Positions 47,024 through 56,504 of a stretch of 59,112 nt of DNA are shown here, in pieces. The stretch is from a virus (lineage: Duplodnaviria > Caudoviricetes): positions 1-59,112 of the IMG/VR virus record IMGVR_UViG_3300030333_007526; one strand, given 5' to 3'. The position numbers and the translations under genes were made by a program. The stretch's first letter is position 1, and every line of letters begins with the position of its first letter. The notes beneath the pieces were generated by a model, which worked only from the letters and a program-made list of their open reading frames with translations, searched no databases and had not been told where the DNA came from.

Positions 47024-47939
47024 TACCTAAATCTAAAACGTGTAAATTAGTAGGATGTTTAAATCCACCTTCGCTATCGACAAACTGGTCGGCGCCGTCA
47101 GGAAAAAAGAACAACTTATGACTGCCAAGTGTAGACAACGTTTCTTGACTTGCTCTCTCGTTTTCTCTCCAGTGGTGAATTTTTTCTGGGTCTCTATTGT
47201 CACCAGGGCGACGAAGCACAAAAGTAGTGTCAATAGAAATTCTACTTTGTGCATTAGCAAGTCTAGTGCTAGAGTGTAAGCCAGCAAAATCCGCCAACAA
47301 AATCGTACCTTTTGATGGCACATATTCTAATTTTGTATATTTTTTAGCTATGTCTTCTCCATCTTTATATGAAGGCAGTGCTCCTAGCCAGCTTTCCTCA
47401 AAGGTTTCTGGAGGATCATAAAACGCTACATGATTTCTTTCTATATCTCCAAAAATTGGAATATGAACAGTGACACTTTCACTCGACTCTCCAGCCCAGC
47501 TATCAGAGTGTATATGCTCTGTAGGGTGATGTCTCAGCATGTTTGCTTGATTTACTGCCCCTTGTTTATAGCGCAGATTTAAAGGAATGTGCCAAGAGGA
47601 TATCAAATCATTAATACCAAGCGAATCAATAATTGACGAAAAAGCTCGCACTAATAAATTGTATTCTAAAATATTATATCTTTTTGGAACAACCATTCCG
47701 TTAGGAGTGATATTGGAAATTTGCTCATATTGTTCATCAAGAGTTTTTAGCAATTCAAATTCATCATGAACATAACAATCACCACTGAAACCTCTGGAAA
47801 TATAAAGCGCTGCAGCAGTTTGTAGCTTTTTAAATAAATCAGGTCTAATCTCATGTGCCACAAGCAACGCTCCGACTCTATCGTGCTCAAACCTTGATTG
47901 AAAAATATCAAATGCATCTATTCTGTTTTGTAAACTCAA
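47010..47939 (-). CDS. Putative Fe(II)/2-oxoglutarate-dependent oxygenase
   Basis: HIHSDSW (HxD), TVHIPI, G.ILLADFAGLHSS (distal His), SRISID (2OG-binding RxS). Confidence 0.55.
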   Translation of the reverse strand: MSLQNRIDAFDIFQSRFEHDRVGALLVAHEIRPDLFKKLQTAAALYISRGFSGDCYVHDEFELLKTLDEQYEQISNITPNGMVVPKRYNILEYNLLVRAFSSIIDSLGINDLISSWHIPLNLRYKQGAVNQANMLRHHPTEHIHSDSWAGESSESVTVHIPIFGDIERNHVAFYDPPETFEESWLGALPSYKDGEDIAKKYTKLEYVPSKGTILLADFAGLHSSTRLANAQSRISIDTTFVLRRPGDNRDPEKIHHWRENERASQETLSTLGSHKLFFFPDGADQFVDSEGGFKHPTNLHVLDLGIENE

Positions 47940-48850
47940 TTGTAAATCCCCATAATTTGTAAAACTCGTTGCGTAATTTGTTCTGCTGAAGGAGGTAGAT
48001 TATCTACATCTTTGTAAAATCCAGCTGTTCTGTTTTCAAGGCCCATCGTCCAGACTGGCTTGTGCGTTCCCATCATAATATCATGGGCAATACTTTTTGC
48101 CACTCCATCCACATAATCATCATCTAATACTATCGCACCTTTCTTAGAATTTAAAACTTCTTGGCGCCATTTATCTCTAAGATTAAAAGGCTTTATCCAT
48201 CTTAAATGAATAATACTAGCATTGACGCCTTTTGCCGCCAACATCTTTTTCGCTTTGACTGCTTCAAATCTTGTTATAGAAATAGGAAATAAAACAATAT
48301 CTGGATTTTGATGCAGGATATCCGGCATCTCTTCGGTATTTAAATAGCTACCTCTGTGTTCTGAAACATATAAAACGTCATCATTGCTCATAAAATAATC
48401 ATATGCTTGTTGGTATTCATCAGGTGTCATTGGAGATACAATGCTAAGCCCTGGCATTCTGTAGTATAGTGAATGGTGGGATGATCCCGCAACAGGACCA
48501 ATTGCCCCCTCCATGCCAATACCTCTGACCATAAGTGGGCACGGCGTTTTCCAAATTTCTTTTGATTTTGCTGCATAGTTTACAACACTTGGACAATTAT
48601 ACCAATTGAATCCTTGATAGCGTATAACATACATGGGCCTTCTACCGGCCAAAGCTGAGCCAACAACAATACCGCCGCCGGCAACGTCAGCCATAGAAAG
48701 CTCTACCATGCCGTCTTCTTCATATAACTCTGGTAAAGTACCTCCAACCCAGCCAACAGCAGTTAGGCATTGTCCAAAAGCTAAACCATTATGCTCAGTT
48801 AGATGTTTTCTAGTGATTTCTTTTATTGTATCTCTAACTGTCTTTGCCAT
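47936..48850 (-). CDS. TPP-dependent E1 beta/transketolase C-terminal-like subunit
   Basis: ELSMAD...GG..VG.ALAGRRP, GPVAGSSHHS, PGL.IV.P.TP, VSEHR, HLRWIKPF. Confidence 0.85.
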   Translation of the reverse strand: MAKTVRDTIKEITRKHLTEHNGLAFGQCLTAVGWVGGTLPELYEEDGMVELSMADVAGGGIVVGSALAGRRPMYVIRYQGFNWYNCPSVVNYAAKSKEIWKTPCPLMVRGIGMEGAIGPVAGSSHHSLYYRMPGLSIVSPMTPDEYQQAYDYFMSNDDVLYVSEHRGSYLNTEEMPDILHQNPDIVLFPISITRFEAVKAKKMLAAKGVNASIIHLRWIKPFNLRDKWRQEVLNSKKGAIVLDDDYVDGVAKSIAHDIMMGTHKPVWTMGLENRTAGFYKDVDNLPPSAEQITQRVLQIMGIYN

Positions 48851-49656
48851 GTTTCTTCTACCAATGTTTTAGTTTTTTCATTAATTTCAGCAGCTTCATC
48901 TCCTAGCTCTGACATTTCATACTTAAATCTATCAAAAATATCTGGGTTATCGCAACCAGCGCCGGCATGCCAATAAAGTCTATGTGTTTTAATGTTTAGC
49001 AATCTGGGTGATTCAATCAACCCGTCGCAATGATTTAGTATCTCCATGGGATCGTCATCAATATTGTACGCTTCCATTTGAAAAGCTTTTGCAACATCAT
49101 CCATCTCCCAATTTCTTCTTACTTTTTTCTCAGTAAGAATTGATAAATTGTTATCTTCAACAACAAATAATATTGGTAAATGTTTTGTTGATGCCCAGCC
49201 CATAGCTCCTAAAACATAATCTTCTTCTGCGGATGCATCTCCCATCACTGTGATGGTTGGTTTTCTATTTGAGTAACACGAACCAACTGCAATTGGAACT
49301 TGGCTTCCCATCAGACCATCGTGACCAAACATATTAATTTCAGGACAATGAATGCTAGCAGAGCCGCCCATGCCATATGCACAGCCAGTTTTTCTTCCAA
49401 GCAGTTCGTCGATAAGTTTAATCATATCTCCACCAAAACACAAGTACCAAGAGTGTGCTCTATGTTGTGCAAATATATAAGGATCTACGCTAATAGTCTC
49501 AGATAAAGTTGCAGGAGTATATTCTTGACCAGCTGACATATAAGTTGGAAGTTGAATGTTTTTTTGCTTGATATTGTCGTATACGCAATTTTCAAAGTTT
49601 CTACACAAGGAAGCTTTTTTAAAAACGTCAAGTCTAAATTGCCTCTCGTTTAAAAT
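48823..49656 (-). CDS. TPP-dependent E1 alpha-like subunit
   Basis: SAGQE, HRAH, GMGGS, TPP motif MGDASAEE...VVEDNN, RLYWH.G. Track start is TTG 49608, but the frame is open upstream to an SD-associated ATT at 49656 (start uncertain). Confidence 0.85.
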   Translation of the reverse strand: MLNERQFRLDVFKKASLCRNFENCVYDNIKQKNIQLPTYMSAGQEYTPATLSETISVDPYIFAQHRAHSWYLCFGGDMIKLIDELLGRKTGCAYGMGGSASIHCPEINMFGHDGLMGSQVPIAVGSCYSNRKPTITVMGDASAEEDYVLGAMGWASTKHLPILFVVEDNNLSILTEKKVRRNWEMDDVAKAFQMEAYNIDDDPMEILNHCDGLIESPRLLNIKTHRLYWHAGAGCDNPDIFDRFKYEMSELGDEAAEINEKTKTLVEETWQRQLEIQ

Positions 49657-50138
49657 AACTGCCTCCAGTCTGCAAAGCTTTTTCTATCAACTACAACAAC
49701 ATTATCAAGTTTGAGTGCCGGTACTATGTGATGCTCGGCATCATCAAAAAATACACACTCTCCAAACTTTTCTAAATGTTCTTCTTTTTTAACTGTCTTG
49801 TATTCTAAAAGCTTGTGAGAATTAAAATGATCGTAAATACCAAGCATTTTCATAAGAATAATAGATGGTTGCTTTTCGTAATCAACATCTAATAAAGCAC
49901 CAGCGGATAAAAATCCGATTTGCTTTTCTTGACTTGATAAGTGTTCAAGCATTTCTCTTACACCTAGGTGTAGATATGCAGTTGCACCATTGCGATCTCT
50001 AATTGTATCATCATCAACATTTATAAATGGCGGCTCCATGTTTTTCAACCAAATTAAATCACCATATTCAGTTTCGCTAGTAATCAAAGTGCGATCAATA
50101 TCAAAAATATATAAGTCTTTATTTTCAAGGACACCCAT
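49650..50138 (-). CDS. HAD phosphatase, MDP-1 (subfamily IIIC)-like
   Basis: YIFDIDRTL, FLS, K..HL, VFFDD; probable start MGVL at 50138. Confidence 0.75.
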   Translation of the reverse strand: MGVLENKDLYIFDIDRTLITSETEYGDLIWLKNMEPPFINVDDDTIRDRNGATAYLHLGVREMLEHLSSQEKQIGFLSAGALLDVDYEKQPSIILMKMLGIYDHFNSHKLLEYKTVKKEEHLEKFGECVFFDDAEHHIVPALKLDNVVVVDRKSFADWRQLF

Positions 50139-50817
50139 ATCCCGTTCCTTTTGTGTTTTCTGCTGCAATAGAAAGCAGCACTATTTCATCTGTAATTTCA
50201 AAAACCCTTGCTAGTCTATTAAGGGTCGAGCCATCTAATACATCTCCCGGCTGAGCAATATAGCTATCGCCGCTTATAAGGCCACCGCGAAGAAAAACAA
50301 ATATGTCGTTAGGGGGCCTGTCAAATAGCTTCTGCTTGTTTAAAATACTTTCTGCATACATTGTGCAGTCACAAAAATTATAAACATTACAGCTGCCTTT
50401 TTCAGGGTCTTTTACCCATAAGCAATCATCAGTTTTTCTTTGCTCTTTGTTCTTACCTTCGTATGGAGATAGTTTTCTTCCATAGCTATCCTCAAGTCTA
50501 ACTAAGTCTTTTTTATCTTTTGGAGTTTCAATTTCAAATATATGGGCGCCTTGTTCAGATAAGCCCATAGTAGAATGAAACAGCCCTCGCCTAATCATAA
50601 CCTTTTTAAGCGAAGACATTCTAATACTATTGTTGAGAAAAGATGTTTCAGCGCTACCCTTTAAAAGAACCAATCCAGTGTTCTTTTTTGGATGGCAGTG
50701 CATCGAGGTTTTTTGATCCTTGTCAATATGCAGATACCATAGGCCAACATGCTCGTTTTCATAAACAAGATATTCGTGACCCCAAGGTTTATTTACTACG
50801 ACATCTGCGTATGACAT
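50125..50817 (-). CDS. Cupin protein (mannose-6-phosphate isomerase C-terminal-like) with C-terminal extension
   Basis: KPWGHEY, TSMHCHPKK, GLFHST, EIETP..K.DLVRLEDSYGR. Confidence 0.8.
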   Translation of the reverse strand: MSYADVVVNKPWGHEYLVYENEHVGLWYLHIDKDQKTSMHCHPKKNTGLVLLKGSAETSFLNNSIRMSSLKKVMIRRGLFHSTMGLSEQGAHIFEIETPKDKKDLVRLEDSYGRKLSPYEGKNKEQRKTDDCLWVKDPEKGSCNVYNFCDCTMYAESILNKQKLFDRPPNDIFVFLRGGLISGDSYIAQPGDVLDGSTLNRLARVFEITDEIVLLSIAAENTKGTGYGCP

Positions 50818-50819
50818 AT

Positions 50820-51356
50820 TTACTTTCTCTGATTGTAAACATCAATAGCAGACTTCATCCATTCTCCCATCCACTTATAGTGCGGAGAAGAAACTAAGTT
50901 GCCATCAACAACCGCAGGCGCATCAACATAAGTTGCTCCAGCATTGTTAATGTCGTCCTTAATACTATAATATCCAGAAACCTTTCGTCCATTAACAATA
51001 TTAGAAGAAATTAATAATTGTGCACCATGACACGTGCTTGCAATAACCTTCTTCTTGCTATCCCAAGCATTAATAAACTTTAAAACATTGCTCTCTTGGC
51101 GTAGCTTTTCAAGTGCTTTTACTCCTCCTGGGACAACCATGATATCATAGCGTTCCAATAACTCATCAAACCTACTAGCATCATCTAATTCAGATGTTAG
51201 AAGACTGCTTTCCATATTTGTACCCATAATACCATGGATTCTACCGAGAGCGTTAGACATAATATCAACTTCAAATCCCTCTTCTAGAAGCCTGTAATAC
51301 GGATAAATTACTTCGTGATCTTGGAACTTCTCCCAAGTAACAATAATTGCCTTCAT
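50820..51356 (-). CDS. DJ-1/PfpI family protein (class I glutamine amidotransferase-like)
   Basis: FQDHEVIYPYYRL.EEG, VVPGG, STCHGAQLL nucleophile elbow, VVDGNLVSS. Confidence 0.9.
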   Translation of the reverse strand: MKAIIVTWEKFQDHEVIYPYYRLLEEGFEVDIMSNALGRIHGIMGTNMESSLLTSELDDASRFDELLERYDIMVVPGGVKALEKLRQESNVLKFINAWDSKKKVIASTCHGAQLLISSNIVNGRKVSGYYSIKDDINNAGATYVDAPAVVDGNLVSSPHYKWMGEWMKSAIDVYNQRK

Positions 51357-51358
51357 TT

Positions 51359-51784
51359 TTACTCCTTATTCCAGCTAATTTCCCAATCTTGAAACTCTGC
51401 CGCTAGGCAGTCAATCTTGTAATCTTTTCTACCACCAGCCAATTCTTGAATTTTGTTCTTGGCTGTGTTGCGAATACCATTTAGACCATGTGTAAGTTCT
51501 AAATTGTTGCCGTCTTTAATGCCCTTACGATAATTTGACTCATTGTGCCAAATATGCAAGTTCATTTGTGACAAAACTACAATCGCTCTGACAGTATCAG
51601 CATCTAATATAACTTGTTTTTCTTGCAAAGTCAAGCCAATATCGTGAACAATGTCAGAAATTTCTTGTGCATACTCTTCTTTGTGCCCTGCAATAAACAC
51701 TTCTTTAAGTTGTACAATCGATAATCGATCAATTAGCTCTGATAAAGTTGGTAAATATTTTCTAGTGTTTGAATTTGAACTCAC
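51359..51784 (-). CDS. Helical hypothetical protein (DUF4254/DUF6165-like)
   Basis: LSELIDRLSIVQLKE...N..IWH.E...R...N..R...KN.I pattern seen in proteins of polysaccharide loci. Confidence 0.5.
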   Translation of the reverse strand: MSSNSNTRKYLPTLSELIDRLSIVQLKEVFIAGHKEEYAQEISDIVHDIGLTLQEKQVILDADTVRAIVVLSQMNLHIWHNESNYRKGIKDGNNLELTHGLNGIRNTAKNKIQELAGGRKDYKIDCLAAEFQDWEISWNKE

Positions 51785-52736
51785 TTTGTCCTTTCTCCAT
51801 GTCTCTGTAAAGTTTTTCTGCTGTGTAAAGCTTCATTGCTTTATTATATGCATTATCAGTAATATGCTTATACTTGTCCCAATTGCTTGTAATCTCTCTT
51901 ATCATGTGCTCTAATTCATTATTATTTTTGTAATAAATAAAATCTTTATCCGGCTCAAACCAGTAATCAAATATACGCCAAGGATCTTCTTTTAGCAAAA
52001 CTAAAGTTTTATTAAAAATAGCCTCTATCGGCCTTGTTTTAATTTGCGGCATGATATATTGGTCTATGTGAGAAAATGCTTCGTTTTCATTCCACCTAGG
52101 TAGTGTTTTAGTTATATTTACTTCATCTTGTGTAAGATATAACTGATTAGAAGTAACCATTATTTTTGATTTACGTAACGATTTCCACATTTCGGTGCGG
52201 GGCGCGCCAAACGCCGTAACGTGTTGTTTCATTTCTCTTGTCATTCCATATCCGAGAGAATAAAAACTATGCTTAAATTTAGGTATTGTTTCAATTATAT
52301 GTTTTACGTCAGCAGCTCCATTCGGAAGATTGCCCCAATAAATAACATCCATAGACTTTTCCGGATTTTCTTCAGCAGGACATGCCCATTTTTTATTATG
52401 TGGAAATATCGCTGGTCTATATCTGTCATATCCGTTTATTTCGTTCATCCATTTTGCACTATATGGGCAAGTAGAATAAACTTCATGAAAAACATCTCCA
52501 ATTTTTAAACTATTAATTCGTTCATTATCATCAAGCGAATAAAACCCACAAGGCTGCTCTCCTTGATAAAAAATTCTTTTATGTTCTGCGTGTTGTTTGA
52601 TTAAGTTTATGTTTCGACCAGACGCATATCCATAGAAAAAAGCCACATTTGAGCTTTCATCGCTAAATCTTTCGAAGTCCAAATATCTATAACCACAATC
52701 TGGGTATTCGCCGCTTTTGTCTCTTACTACTTTCAT
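51762..52736 (-). CDS. GT-B glycosyltransferase-like (CgeB/Glyco_trans_1_2-like)
   Basis: C-terminal K.R.IEA....LVL...FEPDKDFIYY...EL...I...Y..I...AY motif. Confidence 0.6.
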   Translation of the reverse strand: MKVVRDKSGEYPDCGYRYLDFERFSDESSNVAFFYGYASGRNINLIKQHAEHKRIFYQGEQPCGFYSLDDNERINSLKIGDVFHEVYSTCPYSAKWMNEINGYDRYRPAIFPHNKKWACPAEENPEKSMDVIYWGNLPNGAADVKHIIETIPKFKHSFYSLGYGMTREMKQHVTAFGAPRTEMWKSLRKSKIMVTSNQLYLTQDEVNITKTLPRWNENEAFSHIDQYIMPQIKTRPIEAIFNKTLVLLKEDPWRIFDYWFEPDKDFIYYKNNNELEHMIREITSNWDKYKHITDNAYNKAMKLYTAEKLYRDMEKGQSEFKFKH

Positions 52737-53684
52737 TTATAACCTCTTTTTGTCGCTTGAATTTAAATACCAATCAATAGTTTTTCTAAGACCTTCTCGC
52801 AACGATGTGCTTGGAACATAGCCCATATGCTTTTTAAATCTTTCCATGCAGTAAAATCTTCTTGCTTGACCATCAGGACGATCTGTATTCCATATAACTT
52901 GGCCATCATACTCAGTCAGTTCAACGATTGTTTCCACCAGTTCTTTAATTGATGTTTCTACGCCGGTACCAAGATTTAAAGGGCCGCTTTGATTGAATTT
53001 TTCAGCAACATCAAGTATTGCTTTAGCTGTATCTTCAACATATAAAAATTCTCTTGTAGCGCTTCCAGTTCCCCAAACCTCTACGATTGGAATATTTTCT
53101 TTTTTTGCTTGAAGAAACTTTCTAATAAGCGCCGGGACTACATGACTTTTTTCTAAATCAAAATTATCGTTAGGGCCATAAAGATTAGCCGGCAGCAGTA
53201 TAGACGAATTAAAGCCATACTGGGCTCTATACGTCCAGGATTGAACAATCAGCATTTTTTTACCCATTGAGTATCCCATAGATTCTTCTTGGGGTAGTCC
53301 ATTCCAAAAATCATTTTCAGTATACGGCACCTCTAGGTCAAGCGGATAGCCACAACCTGCGGCAAGTGCTACAATTTTTTTAACATTATAACGTCGAGCA
53401 TAATCCATAACAAGAGTTCCCATCATTATGTTGTCATAAAAAAATGTGCCGGGTTCTGATTTGTTTGCAGCAATTCCTCCAACTTTACCAGCAAGATGAA
53501 TAACCACTTCAGGTTTCAAATGTTTAAACATTAAATCCACCTGATGCTCTACGGTGAGATCATAGTCATATCTTGAAGGCGCATGAACAACGGCTTCTAA
53601 ATCTTTCAACATTCGCACAACATGAGTGCCAACAAACCCATGACCGCCGGTTACTAGTACTATTTTATCTTTCCAAAATGTCAT
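52737..53684 (-). CDS. GDP-L-fucose synthase-like epimerase/reductase (Fcl/WcaG or ColC)
   Basis: TGGHGFVG, IHLAGKVGGIAAN..P..F, GCGYP, YSMGK, PANLYGPNDNFDLEKSHVVPALIRKF, WGTGSATREFLYVED; probable start MTFWK at 53684. Confidence 0.9.
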   Translation of the reverse strand: MTFWKDKIVLVTGGHGFVGTHVVRMLKDLEAVVHAPSRYDYDLTVEHQVDLMFKHLKPEVVIHLAGKVGGIAANKSEPGTFFYDNIMMGTLVMDYARRYNVKKIVALAAGCGYPLDLEVPYTENDFWNGLPQEESMGYSMGKKMLIVQSWTYRAQYGFNSSILLPANLYGPNDNFDLEKSHVVPALIRKFLQAKKENIPIVEVWGTGSATREFLYVEDTAKAILDVAEKFNQSGPLNLGTGVETSIKELVETIVELTEYDGQVIWNTDRPDGQARRFYCMERFKKHMGYVPSTSLREGLRKTIDWYLNSSDKKRL

Positions 53685-53692
53685 AATTAATC

Positions 53693-54622
53693 CTAATAAT
53701 TTGCATACCAAGGAGATTCAATGATACTATAAGCTTTAATAAGCTGACGAATCCCATCATCCAAATCATACTTGCATTCAAACCCCTTATCATAAAATTT
53801 CTGGCTACTAACAATATAATCGCGGGTGTCTGGATCAGAGGTAAACTCTGCCTTTATAATCTCAAGCGGAACGTGTTCTTTAATTTTTTGAGCTAGCTGA
53901 AGCTTATTCATATTAATTGAGTCGTTACCTACATTATATGTTTCATTTTTACAATCTTCCCAATTGTCTATTACAAACATAAAGGCCCTACAGACATCTT
54001 GTAAGTGTACATAATTGCGCATAAACTCACACTCATAAAGCACCAAAACGCGATCGCGGAGGGCCTTAAGAACAAAATTATTAACCAATAAATCCGTGCG
54101 CATGCGCGAGCCAGGACCGAATACTGTGGCTAGTCTAAAAGTAACATGATTTTCGACGTTCTTAAATTCTTCCTCAGCTGCTACTTTAGTTTGACCATAA
54201 AGAGAAATTGGATTAAGTGGAGATTCTTCTGTACAAACAGAACCATCGACACTAACTCCATATCCAGAGTTTGTACAAGGATAAATTACCTTTTGTTCTG
54301 GTGTTTTGTTTTTAGCAATCCAAGCATTAACTCCGTGATTAATCTCTACCGCTCCTCTCTTATCTCTATCGCACAACGGAAAGCCCACAAGGGCGGCCAG
54401 AGGAATAATAACATCAGCTTTTGGAAGTTCCTCTTTCAAAATATCTAAATTAACAACATCGCCCTTTATAAAATTAAATTTCTCTTCAATAGCGTATCTT
54501 ACCAACGATGTTGGATCATACATTAGATTATCTATTACAGTCACATTATGACCTGCTAATAGTAAGTGGTTGGTGAGTTCGCTGCCAATATAGCCAGCGC
54601 CACCCGTAATTAAAACGTTCAT
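53693..54622 (-). CDS. Extended SDR NAD-dependent epimerase/dehydratase/reductase
   Basis: TGGAGYIGS, LAALVG.P.C, YGQTK (YxxxK), RLATVFG...RMR.DLLVN.F. Confidence 0.88.
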   Translation of the reverse strand: MNVLITGGAGYIGSELTNHLLLAGHNVTVIDNLMYDPTSLVRYAIEEKFNFIKGDVVNLDILKEELPKADVIIPLAALVGFPLCDRDKRGAVEINHGVNAWIAKNKTPEQKVIYPCTNSGYGVSVDGSVCTEESPLNPISLYGQTKVAAEEEFKNVENHVTFRLATVFGPGSRMRTDLLVNNFVLKALRDRVLVLYECEFMRNYVHLQDVCRAFMFVIDNWEDCKNETYNVGNDSINMNKLQLAQKIKEHVPLEIIKAEFTSDPDTRDYIVSSQKFYDKGFECKYDLDDGIRQLIKAYSIIESPWYANY

Positions 54623-55611
54623 TTCATTCTTCCTCGTATATCATTATAGACTCTTTTTAATCCTTCTTGTAGGCTCGTCTTAGCTTCAAATCCAATTTCT
54701 TCTTTTGCTTTTGAACAATCACACCATTGGCCCCAGATTAATGTGTCTTTTGTTAAGTCATATTCTATGCTTATATCTTTTTTGGAAACCTCAACAACAG
54801 CTTTAGCTAAATCACCGATTGAAATTCTTTCTTGCTTGCCAACATTATATGGGCCAACTATTTCTTGTTCTTCCATCTTCTCAATCATAAGCTTTGTGCA
54901 ATCTATAGCATCATCAATAAAACAATAGGAACGTGTTTCTTTACCCGTTCCCCAAATTCTAAAGGGAATCTCTGGATAATTTATAGCGCGATTAGTAAAT
55001 ACGGGAATACAAGAGCCTGTATCTAGATTATAGTCTTGGTTCTCGCCATAAATTCCAATGTATCTTGCAATTGCAACTCGCAAATTTGGATTTTCAACTC
55101 GTGCATATTCAATTTCTTTTTCAGATATAAGTTTTGCCCATCCGTAAGCAAGTTCTGACTCTGCAGGATATGCTTGTTGTTCAACAATAGCAGGAGAATC
55201 AGGTGTTCCTTGTAATTCCTTGGGATACACATGAGCACTGCTAGCATAAAAATATCTATTAATATTATTTTGAATAATTGCTTTTAAAACATTTGAATCC
55301 ATAAGCATATTTTCACTCATGACGGTGTATGGTTTCGAAGTATAGAGACCAATACCGCCAACTTTTGATGCCATATGAATAACAATATCAAAGTTTTTTA
55401 TGGTTTCGATACAAAAATCTAAATTTTTTAGGTCACCTTCAATTAATTCTATCGAGTCTATAATATCCAATATATATTCTCTTCTTCCTCTTTCAAAATT
55501 ATCGATAATTGTAACATGCGCGCCATCATAAACTAAATCTTTACAAAGATTTGAACCAATAAAGCCAGCCCCACCGGTCACAAGCACACTTTTATCTTGC
55601 CAATAGCTCAT
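54619..55611 (-). CDS. Extended SDR epimerase, GDP-mannose 3,5-epimerase-like
   Basis: TGGAGFIGS, HMASKVGGIG, YASSAHVYP, YGWAK, IWGTGKETRSYCFIDD; probable start MSYWQ at 55611. Confidence 0.8.
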   Translation of the reverse strand: MSYWQDKSVLVTGGAGFIGSNLCKDLVYDGAHVTIIDNFERGRREYILDIIDSIELIEGDLKNLDFCIETIKNFDIVIHMASKVGGIGLYTSKPYTVMSENMLMDSNVLKAIIQNNINRYFYASSAHVYPKELQGTPDSPAIVEQQAYPAESELAYGWAKLISEKEIEYARVENPNLRVAIARYIGIYGENQDYNLDTGSCIPVFTNRAINYPEIPFRIWGTGKETRSYCFIDDAIDCTKLMIEKMEEQEIVGPYNVGKQERISIGDLAKAVVEVSKKDISIEYDLTKDTLIWGQWCDCSKAKEEIGFEAKTSLQEGLKRVYNDIRGRMK

Positions 55612-56504
55612 ACTAAAGTCCAACTCTCAGGGTAAAAACCTTTTCTATGTGTATACTCTGGCATATCTGGATGATAATGATTAGGAGCAACAACAATTTT
55701 ATCTGGATTTTGATTTAGGTAAGCTGCCCACCAACCAAATGAGCTTATATGGCTTATAATATTATGATCGCAGCACATGATTAGTGAAAAATCATTCATT
55801 GTAGTGTTGTTTTTTGAAAAAATAAAATCTTTACCCTTGAGATTTTCTTTACACCAATCAATATCAGACGTATTATTGTCTCCAGAAAATCTTAAGCCTC
55901 CAGAAAATACCAAATATTTAACTTTTTTTCCTTCAAATTTTTGTAATGCAGAGTTCAAATATCTTCCATAAAAGCTATTGTTATCTAATTTGTTTGTTTT
56001 TCCATACATTTCATTTAATTCTTTACTGGGGTTTGAGCCATTTGTGTTGTCTCCGCGTCTTAAGTGAAGCGAAACAACTTCATACCCAGGAAATTTTTCT
56101 TTTATAGAAGCAATCGTCTTGCTTGCTTTTTCAATGTATTGTTTTTTAGGAGTTAATTCTTTTTTAATTTGAGTTTTATAGTCATCAAAATAATAAGTGC
56201 TTTGAAAAAAACCATGCAGGTTTGTACCATCTTGTAAATTAAAAAAGTTTTTATCGAATTCCATATGGCTTGGTTCTTTGTATTGTTTTAAATGTTTTAA
56301 AATTGATTCATTTCTAATGTCAATATAATCACATTCAATATTAAATTCTCCTAGTAGGCAATTTTGGCCATGCCAATTTCTATTGTCTGGATCAGGAATA
56401 GCAACATTATAACCATTACGCAAAGCTAACGATTTCAAAGCGCTATACTGAAAAAGTTGATTACCCAGGCGACCAAGTTTTCCTAATTCTAAAAAAGTAA
56501 TCAT
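55608..56504 (-). CDS. Glycosyltransferase family 11 (alpha-1,2-fucosyl/colitosyltransferase)
   Basis: GRLGNQLFQY, GFFQS..YF, LHLRRGD, D..L...CDHNII...SSFGWWAAYLN. Confidence 0.93.
   Translation of the reverse strand: MITFLELGKLGRLGNQLFQYSALKSLALRNGYNVAIPDPDNRNWHGQNCLLGEFNIECDYIDIRNESILKHLKQYKEPSHMEFDKNFFNLQDGTNLHGFFQSTYYFDDYKTQIKKELTPKKQYIEKASKTIASIKEKFPGYEVVSLHLRRGDNTNGSNPSKELNEMYGKTNKLDNNSFYGRYLNSALQKFEGKKVKYLVFSGGLRFSGDNNTSDIDWCKENLKGKDFIFSKNNTTMNDFSLIMCCDHNIISHISSFGWWAAYLNQNPDKIVVAPNHYHPDMPEYTHRKGFYPESWTLV

Noticed and set aside
47936-49656. Pyruvate dehydrogenase as a central-metabolism auxiliary gene
   Set aside because: No E2/E3 in the window, divergent subunits, and embedding among nucleotide-sugar genes favour a sugar-branching role.
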